Part shown: in pieces, positions 1 to 12,490 of the stretch
Numbering within the stretch: the first letter of the stretch is position 1
Layout: every line of letters begins with the position of its first letter
Assembly: GCA_963745035.1 (NCBI GenBank)
Contig: CAVUVW010000015.1
Coordinates: 32,001 to 96,000 of the forward strand
Reading direction: 5' to 3'
DNA from: an uncultured delta proteobacterium
Lineage (GTDB): Bacteria > Desulfobacterota > Binatia > UBA9968
DNA length: 64,000 bases
The notes under the pieces: generated by a model
Told to the model about the DNA's origin: nothing
Database searches by the model: none
What the model saw: only the letters and a program-made list of their open reading frames with translations
Position numbers and translations under genes: made by a program

Positions 1-540
1 GTGAATCACCTCGGCGAGATTGAATTTCTTGCGCAGATACGGCTCGACTTCATTCTCGAATAGCCATTTCATTTCCACCGGCACGCCGGGAAGGGAATAA
101 ACCACCGCGCGCGGATCTTCGACGATGAAACTCGGCGCCGTGCCATTAGGATTTTTGATCGGGATCGCGCCCTCGGGCATGTAGGACTGGCGGATATTGT
201 TGGGCGTCATCGGCCGGCCACGGCGGCGGAAATGTTCTTCCACCTGCGATAACATCCCGGCGTCCTGGACCAACTTGCGTCCGGTCACCTCGGCGACGAT
301 CTCTCGAGTCAAATCGTCTTGGGTCGGGCCGATGCCGCCGCTGGTAATGACGATATCGGCGCGCTCCACTGCGCGCGCGATAACTTCTTTCATCCGCACC
401 GGGTTGTCGCCGACGACCGATTTGAAATAGAGATTGACGCCGAGCGCAGTCAATCGCTGCGCCATCCACGCCGAATTGGTATCGACGATTTGTCCCAGCA
501 GCAACTCTGACCCGATCGCAACGATTTCTGCCGTGGCCAT
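1..540 (-). CDS. cinA: CinA/competence-damage inducible protein, molybdopterin-binding N-terminal domain (partial, runs off window)
   Basis: Manual translation MATAEIVAIGSELLLGQIVDTNSAWMAQRL...VVGDN...SGGIGPTQDDLTRE...LPGVPVEM; GAGGAG RBS upstream; absent from ORF track because truncated. Confidence 0.9.
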   Translation of the reverse strand, partial: MATAEIVAIGSELLLGQIVDTNSAWMAQRLTALGVNLYFKSVVGDNPVRMKEVIARAVERADIVITSGGIGPTQDDLTREIVAEVTGRKLVQDAGMLSQVEEHFRRRGRPMTPNNIRQSYMPEGAIPIKNPNGTAPSFIVEDPRAVVYSLPGVPVEMKWLFENEVEPYLRKKFNLAEVIH

Positions 541-655
541 AAAATTCTCCTCGTCAGAGCCAAATTTATACCTTAGCCCGCGCGCGCGGCACAAGGTCGG
601 CGAGGGCCAAATCGCACACTTGTCGGTTCCCGGCATCTTTGCCACAATACGCCGC

Positions 656-1405
656 ATGATCATCCTGCTGTCCAACGACGACGGCATTCAATCCGAAGGG
701 CTCGTCGCGCTGGAAGACCAGCTCCGCGACGTGGGCGAGATCTACACTGTCGCGCCCGACCGAGCCCAGAGCTCGATGAGCCACGCGCTCACTTTGCATC
801 GCCCGCTGCGCGTCTACGAGCTCGGCGAGCGCCGGCTCGCCGTCGATGGCACACCGGTCGATTGCGTGAAGCTCGCGCTCACCGGTCTTTTGCCGGTGCG
901 ACCCGATCTCGTGATCTCGGGTATCAACAAGGGGCCCAATCTGGGCGACGATATCATCTATTCGGGCACCGTATCCGCTGCCATCGAAGGCGCCTTGCTG
1001 GGCATACCCGCCATCGCGGTTTCGCTGGTTACGTTCAAAAATTTTGATTTCCGCGCCGCCGCCGAGTTTACCGCGACTTTGGTCCAGCGCATCGCCGAGC
1101 GCGATATTCCACCCAAAACGCTTCTCAACGTGAACGTTCCGCCGGTGCCGAAGGAAGAACTCAAGGGTTGGCAAGTGACGCGCATGGGCAAGCGCCACTA
1201 CAGCGAAACCATCGTCGAGAGAATCGATCCGCGCGGCGGCAAGTATTACTGGATCGGTGGCGACGATCTCGGCTTTGCCAACGAGGACGGCACTGATTGC
1301 AATGCCGTTCAGGACGGCTACGTTTCCGTAACGCCGCTGCAAGTTGACCTCACGGACTACAAGCTACTTCATAATAGCACCCTGCCGACGTTCGCTTGGC
1401 CGTGA
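656..1405 (+). CDS. surE: 5'/3'-nucleotidase SurE
   Basis: MIILLSNDDG, VDGTPVDCV, SGINKGPNLG..YSGTVSAA motifs. Confidence 0.97.
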   Translation: MIILLSNDDGIQSEGLVALEDQLRDVGEIYTVAPDRAQSSMSHALTLHRPLRVYELGERRLAVDGTPVDCVKLALTGLLPVRPDLVISGINKGPNLGDDIIYSGTVSAAIEGALLGIPAIAVSLVTFKNFDFRAAAEFTATLVQRIAERDIPPKTLLNVNVPPVPKEELKGWQVTRMGKRHYSETIVERIDPRGGKYYWIGGDDLGFANEDGTDCNAVQDGYVSVTPLQVDLTDYKLLHNSTLPTFAWP

Positions 1406-1429
1406 CCGAAACGCGAACCAATAACCGAA

Positions 1430-1831
1430 ATGAGTGAGCCGCAAGCCAACACGGAAATCAGGTTGGACAAATGGCTTTGGGCGGCTCGTTTTTTCAAGAC
1501 ACGCGCCCTCGCCGCGGAAGCGGTCACGGGCGGGAAAGTCAATATCAACGGCGCGCGCACAAAACCCAGCCGCGCCATCCGTCCCGGCGACGAATTGACG
1601 ATCCGCCGCGGCTCCTACGAGTGGACGGTGATCGTCAAAGGCTCATCACGCCTACGCGGTCCGGCTTCCCAGGCGCAGCAACTCTACGAGGAAACTGAAG
1701 AAAGCAAGCGCAAGCGCGAAGCCGCGGCCGCCCAGCTGAAGCTCGAGCGCCCGACGGAGTTCGACTCACCGGGTCGCCCGTCGAAAAAAGATCGGCGCGC
1801 TATGGAGAGGTGGACGAGACGGCGCTGGTGA
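1430..1831 (+). CDS. hslR: Ribosome-associated heat shock protein Hsp15 (S4 domain)
   Basis: RLDKWLWAARFFKTR and GRPSKKDRR motifs. Confidence 0.95.
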   Translation: MSEPQANTEIRLDKWLWAARFFKTRALAAEAVTGGKVNINGARTKPSRAIRPGDELTIRRGSYEWTVIVKGSSRLRGPASQAQQLYEETEESKRKREAAAAQLKLERPTEFDSPGRPSKKDRRAMERWTRRRW

Positions 1832-1904
1832 ATCTCGTTCGCGACCTGCCTTGACTTGGTACCTCCGGATGATAATGGACTAGCACGCGATTGTAAGGGG
1901 AAGA

Positions 1905-2960
1905 ATGATGCAACGACTGACGGTATCGGCCTTCGTGTTTCTCGCTCTTCTCGTCGCCGGCACGCCGCTCTTCGGCCAATCGACACCCTATTTTCAGGGC
2001 AAGACGATCATTCTAGTCCAGGGACGCGAGCCGGGCGGCACTGGCGCGCTGCGCGCGCAAGCGGCAATTCCATTCTTGAGAAAGTATCTTCCCGGCGAAC
2101 CGATCATCGTCACGCAGTTCATGCCCGGCGGCGGCGGCAGAAAAGCGGCGAATTATGTTTATAACGCTAAGCCGGATGGCCTGATCTTCGCCAACGTCGG
2201 TTCCGGTCTCATTGCCAACGCAGTGCTTGGGACCACGGGGGTGGAATACGATATCGACAAGCTTGTTTATCTCGGCGCCGCCAACAGTACGGCGCAGTAT
2301 GTTTTCGGCACTTGGTCGAAACTCGGCCTGGATAGCTTGGAGAAGCTGCGCGCGCGGCCCGGCCTGCGCATCGGCGCACAAACGGTCGGACATGACATCT
2401 ATATCAACGGCAGGCTCTTTTCCTGGCTGCTTGGTTTAAGAGAGCCAAAGTTCGTCACCGGCTATTCCGGTCCCGAAGTGGATATCGCCATGACGCGGGG
2501 CGAGGTGGACGGCCGCGCCAATATTCCGGATACCATCCTGCAAAGATCGCCCGAGTTCATCGAGAAAAAAATGATCCACTATCATGCGATCATTCAAATT
2601 CCCAAGGAGGATCGCCACCCGCATCCGGTGTTCAACAAGCTGCCCGAGCTGGAAACCTTCGCCAAAAGCGACAGAGAGCGCAAAATCATGACCATGTTTC
2701 GCACCTTCCGTTTGGTCGGATCACCCTATGTGCTTCCGCCGGGCACACCGCCCGAGATCGCCAACCAGTATCGCGAGGCCATGCGCAAGACATTTAGAGA
2801 CCCGGCGTTCATAAAGGAGTTCAAGAAACTGACCGCGGACGACGCCACTCCTCTCCTACCCGAGGCTCAAGAAAAAGCCATTAAAGATATCCCGCGCGAC
2901 TCGGAAGTGATCGCGCTATTTAATAAGCTCGCGGGCAGCGAGCCCTTGCCGGCGCGATAG
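1905..2960 (+). CDS. Tripartite tricarboxylate transporter (Bug/TctC family) substrate-binding protein, orphan
   Basis: Signal peptide; YFQGKTI..PGG, MPGGGG..AANYVY..KPDGL, PPGTP motifs. Confidence 0.85.
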   Translation: MMQRLTVSAFVFLALLVAGTPLFGQSTPYFQGKTIILVQGREPGGTGALRAQAAIPFLRKYLPGEPIIVTQFMPGGGGRKAANYVYNAKPDGLIFANVGSGLIANAVLGTTGVEYDIDKLVYLGAANSTAQYVFGTWSKLGLDSLEKLRARPGLRIGAQTVGHDIYINGRLFSWLLGLREPKFVTGYSGPEVDIAMTRGEVDGRANIPDTILQRSPEFIEKKMIHYHAIIQIPKEDRHPHPVFNKLPELETFAKSDRERKIMTMFRTFRLVGSPYVLPPGTPPEIANQYREAMRKTFRDPAFIKEFKKLTADDATPLLPEAQEKAIKDIPRDSEVIALFNKLAGSEPLPAR

Positions 2961-3075
2961 TCAAACACGGAGCAGCGCGACTTGGTACGAGCTGGATGAA
3001 ATAGAAGCCCGCGCCGTTCGTTCCCAAAGACCGACTCAGCCAATATTCCGGCGAATTCTATGGCATTGGAATTCC

Positions 3076-3099
3076 GTCCCGGCTCAGTGCAGCCGGGAC
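3076..3099. terminator. GC-rich hairpin between convergent genes (possible terminator)
   Basis: GTCCCGGCT-cagtgc-AGCCGGGAC perfect 9-bp stem; no strong U-tract. Confidence 0.4.
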
Positions 3100-3164
3100 T
3101 TGCGCTCTACGCGCCTGATTTTGCTGAGCTTACTTAGCGAATTGTGGCGAGGTGAAATTTTTAC

Positions 3165-3912
3165 TCAGCGGAGCCGGATCGTCGCGGACTCTTGGCGCTT
3201 GAGCTCCGCCAATCCGTTCAGCACAATGCCTCGGTCCGGGACGATGTGGAACCTGTACTGCGCCGGCTCCAGCGCCGTGCTGCGCATCTTTTCGATGGTC
3301 AGACTACGCGAAAACCGGCTGTTCACCCGTTCCATCTCGAGAACGAAGGTTCCCGACACGCAGATATTCCTCGATGCCGCGCGCGTTCCGCTCGACGGCG
3401 TACGTCGTCAACAGATTCGTTGTCTTCGTGTTCGCTTGCAGGCCGTAGAATAGCCGGCGCGCCTGATCGAGCGCCCGCACGCTGGCATCGTTGTTAAAAA
3501 GCAGCGGCCCGACCGGATCGATCACCAGCCGCGTAGCGCCCAAGCGCATGATGTATGTATTCAAGTCGGTGAGAATTCTTTGTACGTCGATGCCCTTGCC
3601 CGAATCGTCCGCCTCCCGCGTGTTGAAATACGCCGAGGCGTCGAGAATGAGGAACTCCTTGGCATCGATATACGGCGCCAAGTCCCATCCGAGGGACGCC
3701 GCTTGATCGATCACATCGATGGGTTTTTCATCGATCGCCACATAGAGGCCTTTCTCCTTCGCCAACAAGCCGTTCATCAGAAACTGCAAGCCAAGAACCG
3801 TCTTGCCTGTGCCCGGCTGACCGATGACCAGATAGGTTTTGCCCTGTCGCAGCCCGCCTTCGATCAAGAGGTCGAGCCCGCCGACACCCGTCGGTATCCG
3901 CTTTGATTTCAT
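3165..3912 (-). CDS. Single-domain KaiC/RecA-superfamily ATPase (COG0467), frameshifted near 3360
   Basis: RIPTGVGGLD, Walker A GQPGTGKT, Walker B LVID, C-terminal RSLTIEKMRST in the second frame (3165..3359). Confidence 0.88.
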
Positions 3913-4051
3913 GAACATCTATTTGAAAATTGCGATCGGTAATCGGGGAGAACCCATAGTTGAATTCACGATGGACCGCGAAGATTCCGCGCGACGATCT
4001 GCGGCTTTCACAGCGACCCGGGCGTATCCATGGAACGGTCACACTGGCGGA

Positions 4052-4067
4052 AGCCAATTATGTGCCA
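4052..4067 (-). promoter_or_regulatory. Putative sigma54 (-24/-12) promoter of the KaiC-like gene
   Basis: Minus strand TGGCACATAATTGGCT = GG-N10-GC with TGGCAC core, about 140 nt upstream of the start. Confidence 0.55.
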
Positions 4068-4266
4068 CGGGTCCACACCAAAAAACCCAACAATTTCGCT
4101 TACAGATTGCGTTCATACACATCTTCCAGAACCGTTTTGGCAAGCGCTGGACAATTTGGACCGTAAAGCGCTAGCAGTGGCAACCGAAGCCCAAGCCGGT
4201 TCGGCGACAGCAACACTACGGCGAGTAAGCGAAGATCCGGGTCGATTGGAACTTTTGGCAGGTTTC

Positions 4267-6692
<2,426 letters not shown>

Positions 6693-7375
6693 GGTCTTCG
6701 GTCTTCAATCGACCCGCCGATTGGCGCGCGCGAATCAATCTTTGTGATTTCCCCGGTGCGCCGAGCGGCATCACCAGCCGGCCGCCGTCGCGAAGCTGGC
6801 GCGCAAGCGGCTCGGGAATTTTCGGCGCCGCAGCCGTCACGAGGATCGCGTCGAAGGGACCTCGATCTTCCCAGCCGTAAAAGCCGTCGCCGATCTTCAA
6901 TTCGATATTCTTGAAGTCGAGCTCATCGAGAATTCTCTTGGCGCGCGCGCCGAGCGACGGGATAATCTCGATCGAGCTCACCTCCGCCGCCAAATGCGCC
7001 AGGACCGCGGTTTGATAACCCGACCCGGTGCCGATCTCCAAAACTCTATCGGTGGGCTTGAGCTCCAGCAGCTCGCTCATCAAAGCGACGATGTACGGCT
7101 GGGAAATCGTCTGGTTTTCGCCGATCGGCAGAGGCCGGTCTTCATAGGCGCGGACGCGCAGATTTTCCGGCACGAACCGATGGCGCGGCACCGCGGCCAT
7201 GGCCGCCAGCACTCTTGGATCTTTGATGCCGCGCCCGCGCAGATCGCGCTCAATCATCACGCGGCGAGCCGCGTGATAGGCGTCGGGACTCTCGCCCGGC
7301 GGTTGCTGGAGCGCGTGTCCGACGGGCGGGAGCACTTGCAAGAACAGAATCAGCGCCGGAGCAAGGTGGAAGAAT

Positions 7376-7762
7376 TCAGCCCTTTTCTTTGAATACAAAA
7401 TGGTAATACTCGTCCATGCCCATCAAGCCGTCGAGCTCGGAGTCGTTCTTCAGCCGCACTTCGATCAACCAACCTTCGCGGTACGGATCCTCGTTGATAA
7501 CCGCGGGATGATTTTCGAGATGCGGGTTCACCGCCAGAACCTTGCCCGAAACCGGCGAGATGAACTCGTGAACCGTGGACACCGATTCGACCTCGGCGAA
7601 GATTTCTCCCGCTTCGACTTGATCGCCGACGTCGGGGAGCTCGACGGAAATGATTTTTCCGAGCGCCGCTTGGAGGTAGTTGGTCACGCCCAGGTGCACG
7701 TGGCGATCTTCCACGCCGACCCACACGTGCTGTTCGCTGACTTTGACTTGCTTTTCTTCCAT
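7376..7762 (-). CDS. gcvH: Glycine cleavage H-protein homologue lacking the lipoyl Lys
   Basis: HVWV, LG.I.SVELP..G, ESVST (not ESVKA), SPVSG.V..VN..L...P..IN.DPY..GWL. Confidence 0.85.
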   Translation of the reverse strand: MEEKQVKVSEQHVWVGVEDRHVHLGVTNYLQAALGKIISVELPDVGDQVEAGEIFAEVESVSTVHEFISPVSGKVLAVNPHLENHPAVINEDPYREGWLIEVRLKNDSELDGLMGMDEYYHFVFKEKG

Positions 7763-7918
7763 GACCTTTTTCGAATCACTATAGGTGCTGCCGGGCGCCT
7801 GTCAAGACCATTTGCGGCGCCTCTCATCCGGCAAACTTGACAAGCTCCGCCGATTCGCAGTAGCGATAAAGCGCGGTGCGACGCAGGCGCGCGACAAGGA
7901 TTGGAACACGAGAACGCG

Positions 7919-8433
7919 ATGGACAATCAGCTCGCAACGGCATCGGCGGCGGCGATTCTAACGGGGCTCAAGAAAGCCGGCATCGACTTTATCGCCACGC
8001 TTGCCGGATGAAAAGATGCTCGAGCTTATCCGGGCGGTGGAAAGAGATCGAGATATTATCCATGTGCCGCTGTGCCGCGAGGAAGAGGGCATCGGCATTT
8101 GCGCGGGAGCCTATTTGGCGGGGCGAAAAACCGCGATCATCATGCAGAACGCCGGATTTTTGAACAGCTGCAACGCCCTCACCACTACCTCGTTACAATT
8201 TCAAATACCGCTCTTGATGTTGATTTACTATGCCGGCGACATCGGCGACCGCGGCTTCACGACCTTGGGCGCGGTCACCGAACCGGTTCTCCAGGCGATG
8301 GGCTTTCGCAGCTTCGTGCTGCGCGACCGGCAAGCTGTCGACGAAACCTTGCGCGGCGCGCAAATCTTGGCCGACGACTCCAAGCAGCCCCGTCGCGGTG
8401 CTGCTGACCAAACCCGTTCTGGGAGTGCAATGA
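7919..8433 (+). CDS. Sulfopyruvate decarboxylase alpha-subunit-like (ComD), two frameshifts
   Basis: GLKKAGIDFIATLPD, REEEGIGICAGAYLAG, MQNAG..N..NAL; ends VAVLLTKPVLGVQ in the alternative frame. Confidence 0.8.
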
Positions 8434-9040
8434 TGCAGCGTTATGATTATTTGCGGACCATAGCGGGCGATGCCGGCGACGCGCTGGCGGTGTGCACTGG
8501 CTGGGCGGCGCGCGAGTGGTGGGCGCTCCGGCCCGGCGACGGCAACTTGAAAACCCGCACCCTCGGTCTGGTCTCCTCCATCGCCGCGGGGCTGGCCATC
8601 GCGCTGCCGCATCGCAAGGTGATCGCCATCGACGGCGACGGCGCCTTTCTCATGAATCTCTGCGGTCTGCCGACGATCGCGCGGCAGCGGCCCGGCAATC
8701 TTCTCCATTTGCTTTTCGATAACGAGATTTTCGAAGCCTCGGGCGGCACGGCGACCGCGTCGCGCGACTGCGACGCCGTCGCGCTGGCGAAGGGCGCAGG
8801 CTACGAGCACGCCAAGTGGGTGAGACTCGCCGGAGGAATTCCGTGCCGAATTTGCGCAAGCGGCGCGGCGCAACGAATTGACTTTGCTCGCCATGAAAGT
8901 CGAACCTGGCCAACCCGAAAATCTTCCGCCGCTGAAGCTCGACGAGATCGAAAACAAGTACCGTTTCATGCGCTACCTGGAAGCGACCGAGAAACGAGGG
9001 ACTTTTAAATCCGGGCTTCGATTCCAAGCTCGATCGCTAA
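8430..9040 (+). CDS. Sulfopyruvate decarboxylase beta-subunit-like (ComE), TPP-binding, frameshifted; end approximate
   Basis: LGLVSSIAAGLA, IDGDGAFLMN...FDN TPP motif, ENKYRFMRYLE in the second frame. Confidence 0.78.
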
Positions 9041-10078
9041 AGAGAAGTGCCGCTGTCTACCTGGTTCGAACGCCTGCCGCCGCGCCGAGGCGGCACGCCT
9101 GCCGCTTTTAACGCTCGGGCGATTTCCGCGCGCGCCATCCTGCCGGCGTCGCGGCGCCGTAAGCCGAGCCAGTTCCATTGAGCCGGGTTTCGGCGGATCG
9201 CTGTTTCGATCACGCGCGTGTAGGCCGCGGTGGTCGCGATCACGCTTTTCTCCCGATCGTCGCGCTCCACCGGCGCGATCGGCGCGCCCACCGAGAGCAC
9301 CAGCGACTCATCCGCCCGCCTGGTAACAAACATCGGCAGTGTGATCGCCCCGGTGCGTAGCGCCAGAGTCGCCGGGCCGCGCGGCGCCGGCGCCTTCAAT
9401 CCCAAAAAATCGACCGTCACGTCGCCCGATTTGAATTCGTCGGCAATCATCAAGACGATGCGGTTGTCGCGCAGCGCCTTGAGAATGTCGCGCACCGCTT
9501 CGCGGCGCGGCTTGGCTGAAATCGTGTGAATGCCGATGCGCGTGCGATAGCCGTCGATCAGCCGGGCAAGGCGCTCGTCCGCGGGGAGCTTTCACCACCA
9601 CGCTGAACGGGAATCCCCCTGCGGCTAGGCGCGCGCCGATCATCGTGAAGCTCCCCAGATGAGCGCTGAGTGCGAGCACACCCTTGCCTTGTTCGAGCGC
9701 GCGCCGGATGTGCTCTTCCCCTTCGAGCGCGACCATGGCGCAAATTTGCTCTTTCGAATAATAGGTCACCAGCGTCGTGTCGAGCAGGACGCGCGAGAAG
9801 TTGAGCCAAGCGGCCCACACCAGCGCTTTTCTTTCCTTGACCGGCGCCTCGCGGAATACTGATGCGACGTTTTCTTCCATGCGCTGCCGATATCGCCACA
9901 GCAGCAGGTAGGTCAGACGCGCAAGGAAGCGCGTGTACCTCAGCATGATCGGCAGCCGCAGGCGCGGCACGACGTGAACCAAGGCCCGCAGCACATACTC
10001 GCCGACGCGATAGCGAAAATCATAGAGCAGTTGTCCCCCAGCTGACCTTCCGCTTCTCGGTTCCTCCTCATGTTTCAT
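9037..10078 (-). CDS. Lipid A/lysophospholipid acyltransferase (LpxL/HtrB family), frameshifted near 9590
   Basis: GKGVLALSAHLG, VDFLG..A..PRGPA.LA.RTGA, AIRRNPAQWNW. Confidence 0.85.
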
Positions 10079-10182
10079 CTATGGATTTGTTTGGGGCGAT
10101 TTTCAACCGAAATCAGCGGTCGAGGCGCAACCCTTCCGGAGCAAGGTATGGGGCCTGCGCGCTCGCAATCCGAGGGAGCGCC

Positions 10183-10725
10183 TCATCGCGAAATGAAACG
10201 GCGGCGGCGGAACGAGACCGCCGCCGCCGTGTTGGCGGAGAGATTGCGTTGGACGAGCACTACCGGCCGGCCGCTCGGCGCAAGCGCTGCCTTGTTCTTC
10301 GGCTTCGGCGGCTGACCGCCGCGCCGCGCCGTTTGCGGCGGTTCGGAAGCGAGTTGATAAACTTTGGCCGGGGCGCGCTGCGTCAGCGCGGCTTGCGTCC
10401 ACTCGGCCATCCCACGGCGGAGATAATCGGGATTTAAACCGAGTAATTCACAGACGCTGTCGAAGGCGAAGACGCTGCCGCCGCCCGGCTGCCGCACCCA
10501 CCCCTCCGCTTCTTCAAACAGCGCCTTTCCCTTGCTGTCGCGCGCGAAAAGATACTTTTGATAGCAAGCAATCGCATCCTCCAAGAGCGCCAGCATGAGC
10601 TTCTTTTCCGGCTCCAGGTGAAGCTTGCGCCGAAACGTGTCCAGATACTGCTCCGGCAGCAGCGTATCCGGTTGGAACAACGAGCTAACCCGCTCTTCCA
10701 TGCTAAGTCCTGTTTCGTAACTCAT
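10183..10725 (-). CDS. Hypothetical protein
   Basis: GGAGG RBS; LLPEQY..EPEKKLMLALLEDA...FDSVCELLGLNPDYLR; lies downstream of the Rrf2 gene. Confidence 0.8.
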   Translation of the reverse strand: MSYETGLSMEERVSSLFQPDTLLPEQYLDTFRRKLHLEPEKKLMLALLEDAIACYQKYLFARDSKGKALFEEAEGWVRQPGGGSVFAFDSVCELLGLNPDYLRRGMAEWTQAALTQRAPAKVYQLASEPPQTARRGGQPPKPKNKAALAPSGRPVVLVQRNLSANTAAAVSFRRRRFISR

Positions 10726-10779
10726 AAAACCACCTCCCGTTGGGGCACGGCTTGTCTCCCAGTGAATTTCTTTGCCGGT

Positions 10780-11235
10780 TCACGCCGCACTCGAAAGAGA
10801 AGAAGACCCGATTACATCTCTACAGGCCGGCTGTCGCAGCGCCGCAATGGTCGTGCGGCTGAGAACCTCTGTGACGGTGCGTTGCACCTCGCTCCACACG
10901 CCGATCATCGTGCAGCGAGGAATCTGATCGCAGCCTGAAGCATGATCCATGCAGGCGTTGACCGCGATTGGACCCTCGATCGCTTCGATGACATCGCAAA
11001 ACGAGATCGCTTCGGCGGAGCGCGCCAGCATGTAACCGCCGGCCGACCCTCTTTTGGACTTGATCAGTCCTTGCCGGACCAGATCTTGAATAATCTTTTC
11101 CAAAAACTTTCGCGGCACCCCTTGGTGCTTGGCGATTTCCGCTATGGAGCTGCATTTTCCCGGCTGCTGATCCGATAGATAGATGACCGCTCTCAACCCG
11201 TAATCGACCCGCCGTGGAATCTGCATGAGCCCCAT
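10780..11235 (-). CDS. iscR: Rrf2 family Fe-S sensing regulator (IscR-like)
   Basis: DYGLRA, FLEKI, SKRG..GGY.LAR, EAIEG, three C-terminal Cys (CX6CX5C). Confidence 0.85.
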   Translation of the reverse strand: MGLMQIPRRVDYGLRAVIYLSDQQPGKCSSIAEIAKHQGVPRKFLEKIIQDLVRQGLIKSKRGSAGGYMLARSAEAISFCDVIEAIEGPIAVNACMDHASGCDQIPRCTMIGVWSEVQRTVTEVLSRTTIAALRQPACRDVIGSSSLSSAA

Positions 11236-11239
11236 GAAA

Positions 11240-12465
11240 CTACCCCCTTGCTCCGACGATGCCTGTGCCGTCCCGCTCGGTCCGGGTGCGTTCTTGCTGT
11301 CCCAGCCTGCCCAGAGAGGAAAGTCCTTGCAGGCGTTGGACGATCGCAGGCAGCTTTTCGTTCACATAACGAACTTCTTCCTCGGTATTGAACCGTCCCA
11401 GACTGAAACGCACCGCGCCCTGCAGCCAATCCGCCGGCACCTTCATCGCCCGCAGCACATGCGACGGCTCGGATGATCCGGCGGTGCACGCCGATCCGGT
11501 CGAGGCGCAAATCCCGTGTTGGTCGAGCAGCACGAGAATCGACTCCCCTTCGAGATACCGAAAACTGATGTTGGACGTGTTCGGCAGCCGCTCTTGGTCC
11601 TTTCCGTTCACCCGGCTGCCTGGACACGATTCGAGCAACAAGTCTTCCAACAGATCGCGCAATTTGCCGATTCGCAATGAATCCTCGGCCATACGCTCAA
11701 GGGCGATTTCCGCCGCCTTCCCCATGCCGACGATCGCCGCCACGTTTTCAGTGCCCGCTCGCCGGTTTCGCTCCTGATGGCCGCCGATCATGAACGGCGA
11801 AAAGGTAATGCCACGGCGCACGTAAAGCGCGCCGACCCCTTTCGGCGCGTAAAACTTGTGAGCGGAGATGGTCAGCAGATCGACCGGCAGATCTTTAACG
11901 GAAATCGGAAGCTTCCCGGCCGCCTGCACCGCGTCAACATGAAAGGGAATGCCCTTCGACCGCACGATCGCGCCGATCTCTTCGATCGGAAAAATGACGC
12001 CGGTCTCGTTGTTCGCCCACATGATCGAAACCACTGCCGTGTCGTCGGTGAGCGCGGCGCGCAGCTCCTCCAAATCGAGCGCGCCATCCTGGTTTACACC
12101 CAGCCAGGTTATCCGATAGCCCTTTTTCTCCAGGTGCTGGCACAAGCCTAGCACAGCGGAGTGCTCGACCTGCGTGGTTACGATGTGGCGCTTATCCGGG
12201 CCGCGCTTCGAGCATGCCGCGGATTGCCGCGTTATCGCCTTCCGTGCCGCTGCCGGTAAAAATCGATTTCGACCGGATCGGCTGCGCCAATTAGAGCCGC
12301 GACCTGCGCCCGCGCCTCGGACATTTTTTCGCCGACTTGGCTGCCGAATCGATGAATGCTCGACGGATTGCCGTAAAAGTCGGTGAGAAACGGCATCATC
12401 GCCTCGGCCACCTCGGGCAATACCCGCGTGGTCGCATTGTTATCGAAATAGATTTCGCTCGCCAT
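11240..12465 (-). CDS. nifS: Cysteine desulfurase NifS/IscS type (copy 2), frameshifted near 12200-12270
   Basis: IYFDNNATT, GNPSSIH, NNETG, HVDAVQ, SAHK, STGSACT. Confidence 0.92.
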
Positions 12466-12490
12466 CACCGAATCTCTGACTACTTCCCCT

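Noticed and set aside
8001-9008. Apparent fused ComD-ComE ORF (335 aa)
   Set aside because: The fusion arises from an indel near 8390; the alpha subunit's proper end (VAVLLTKPVLGVQ*) overlaps the beta ATG at 8430
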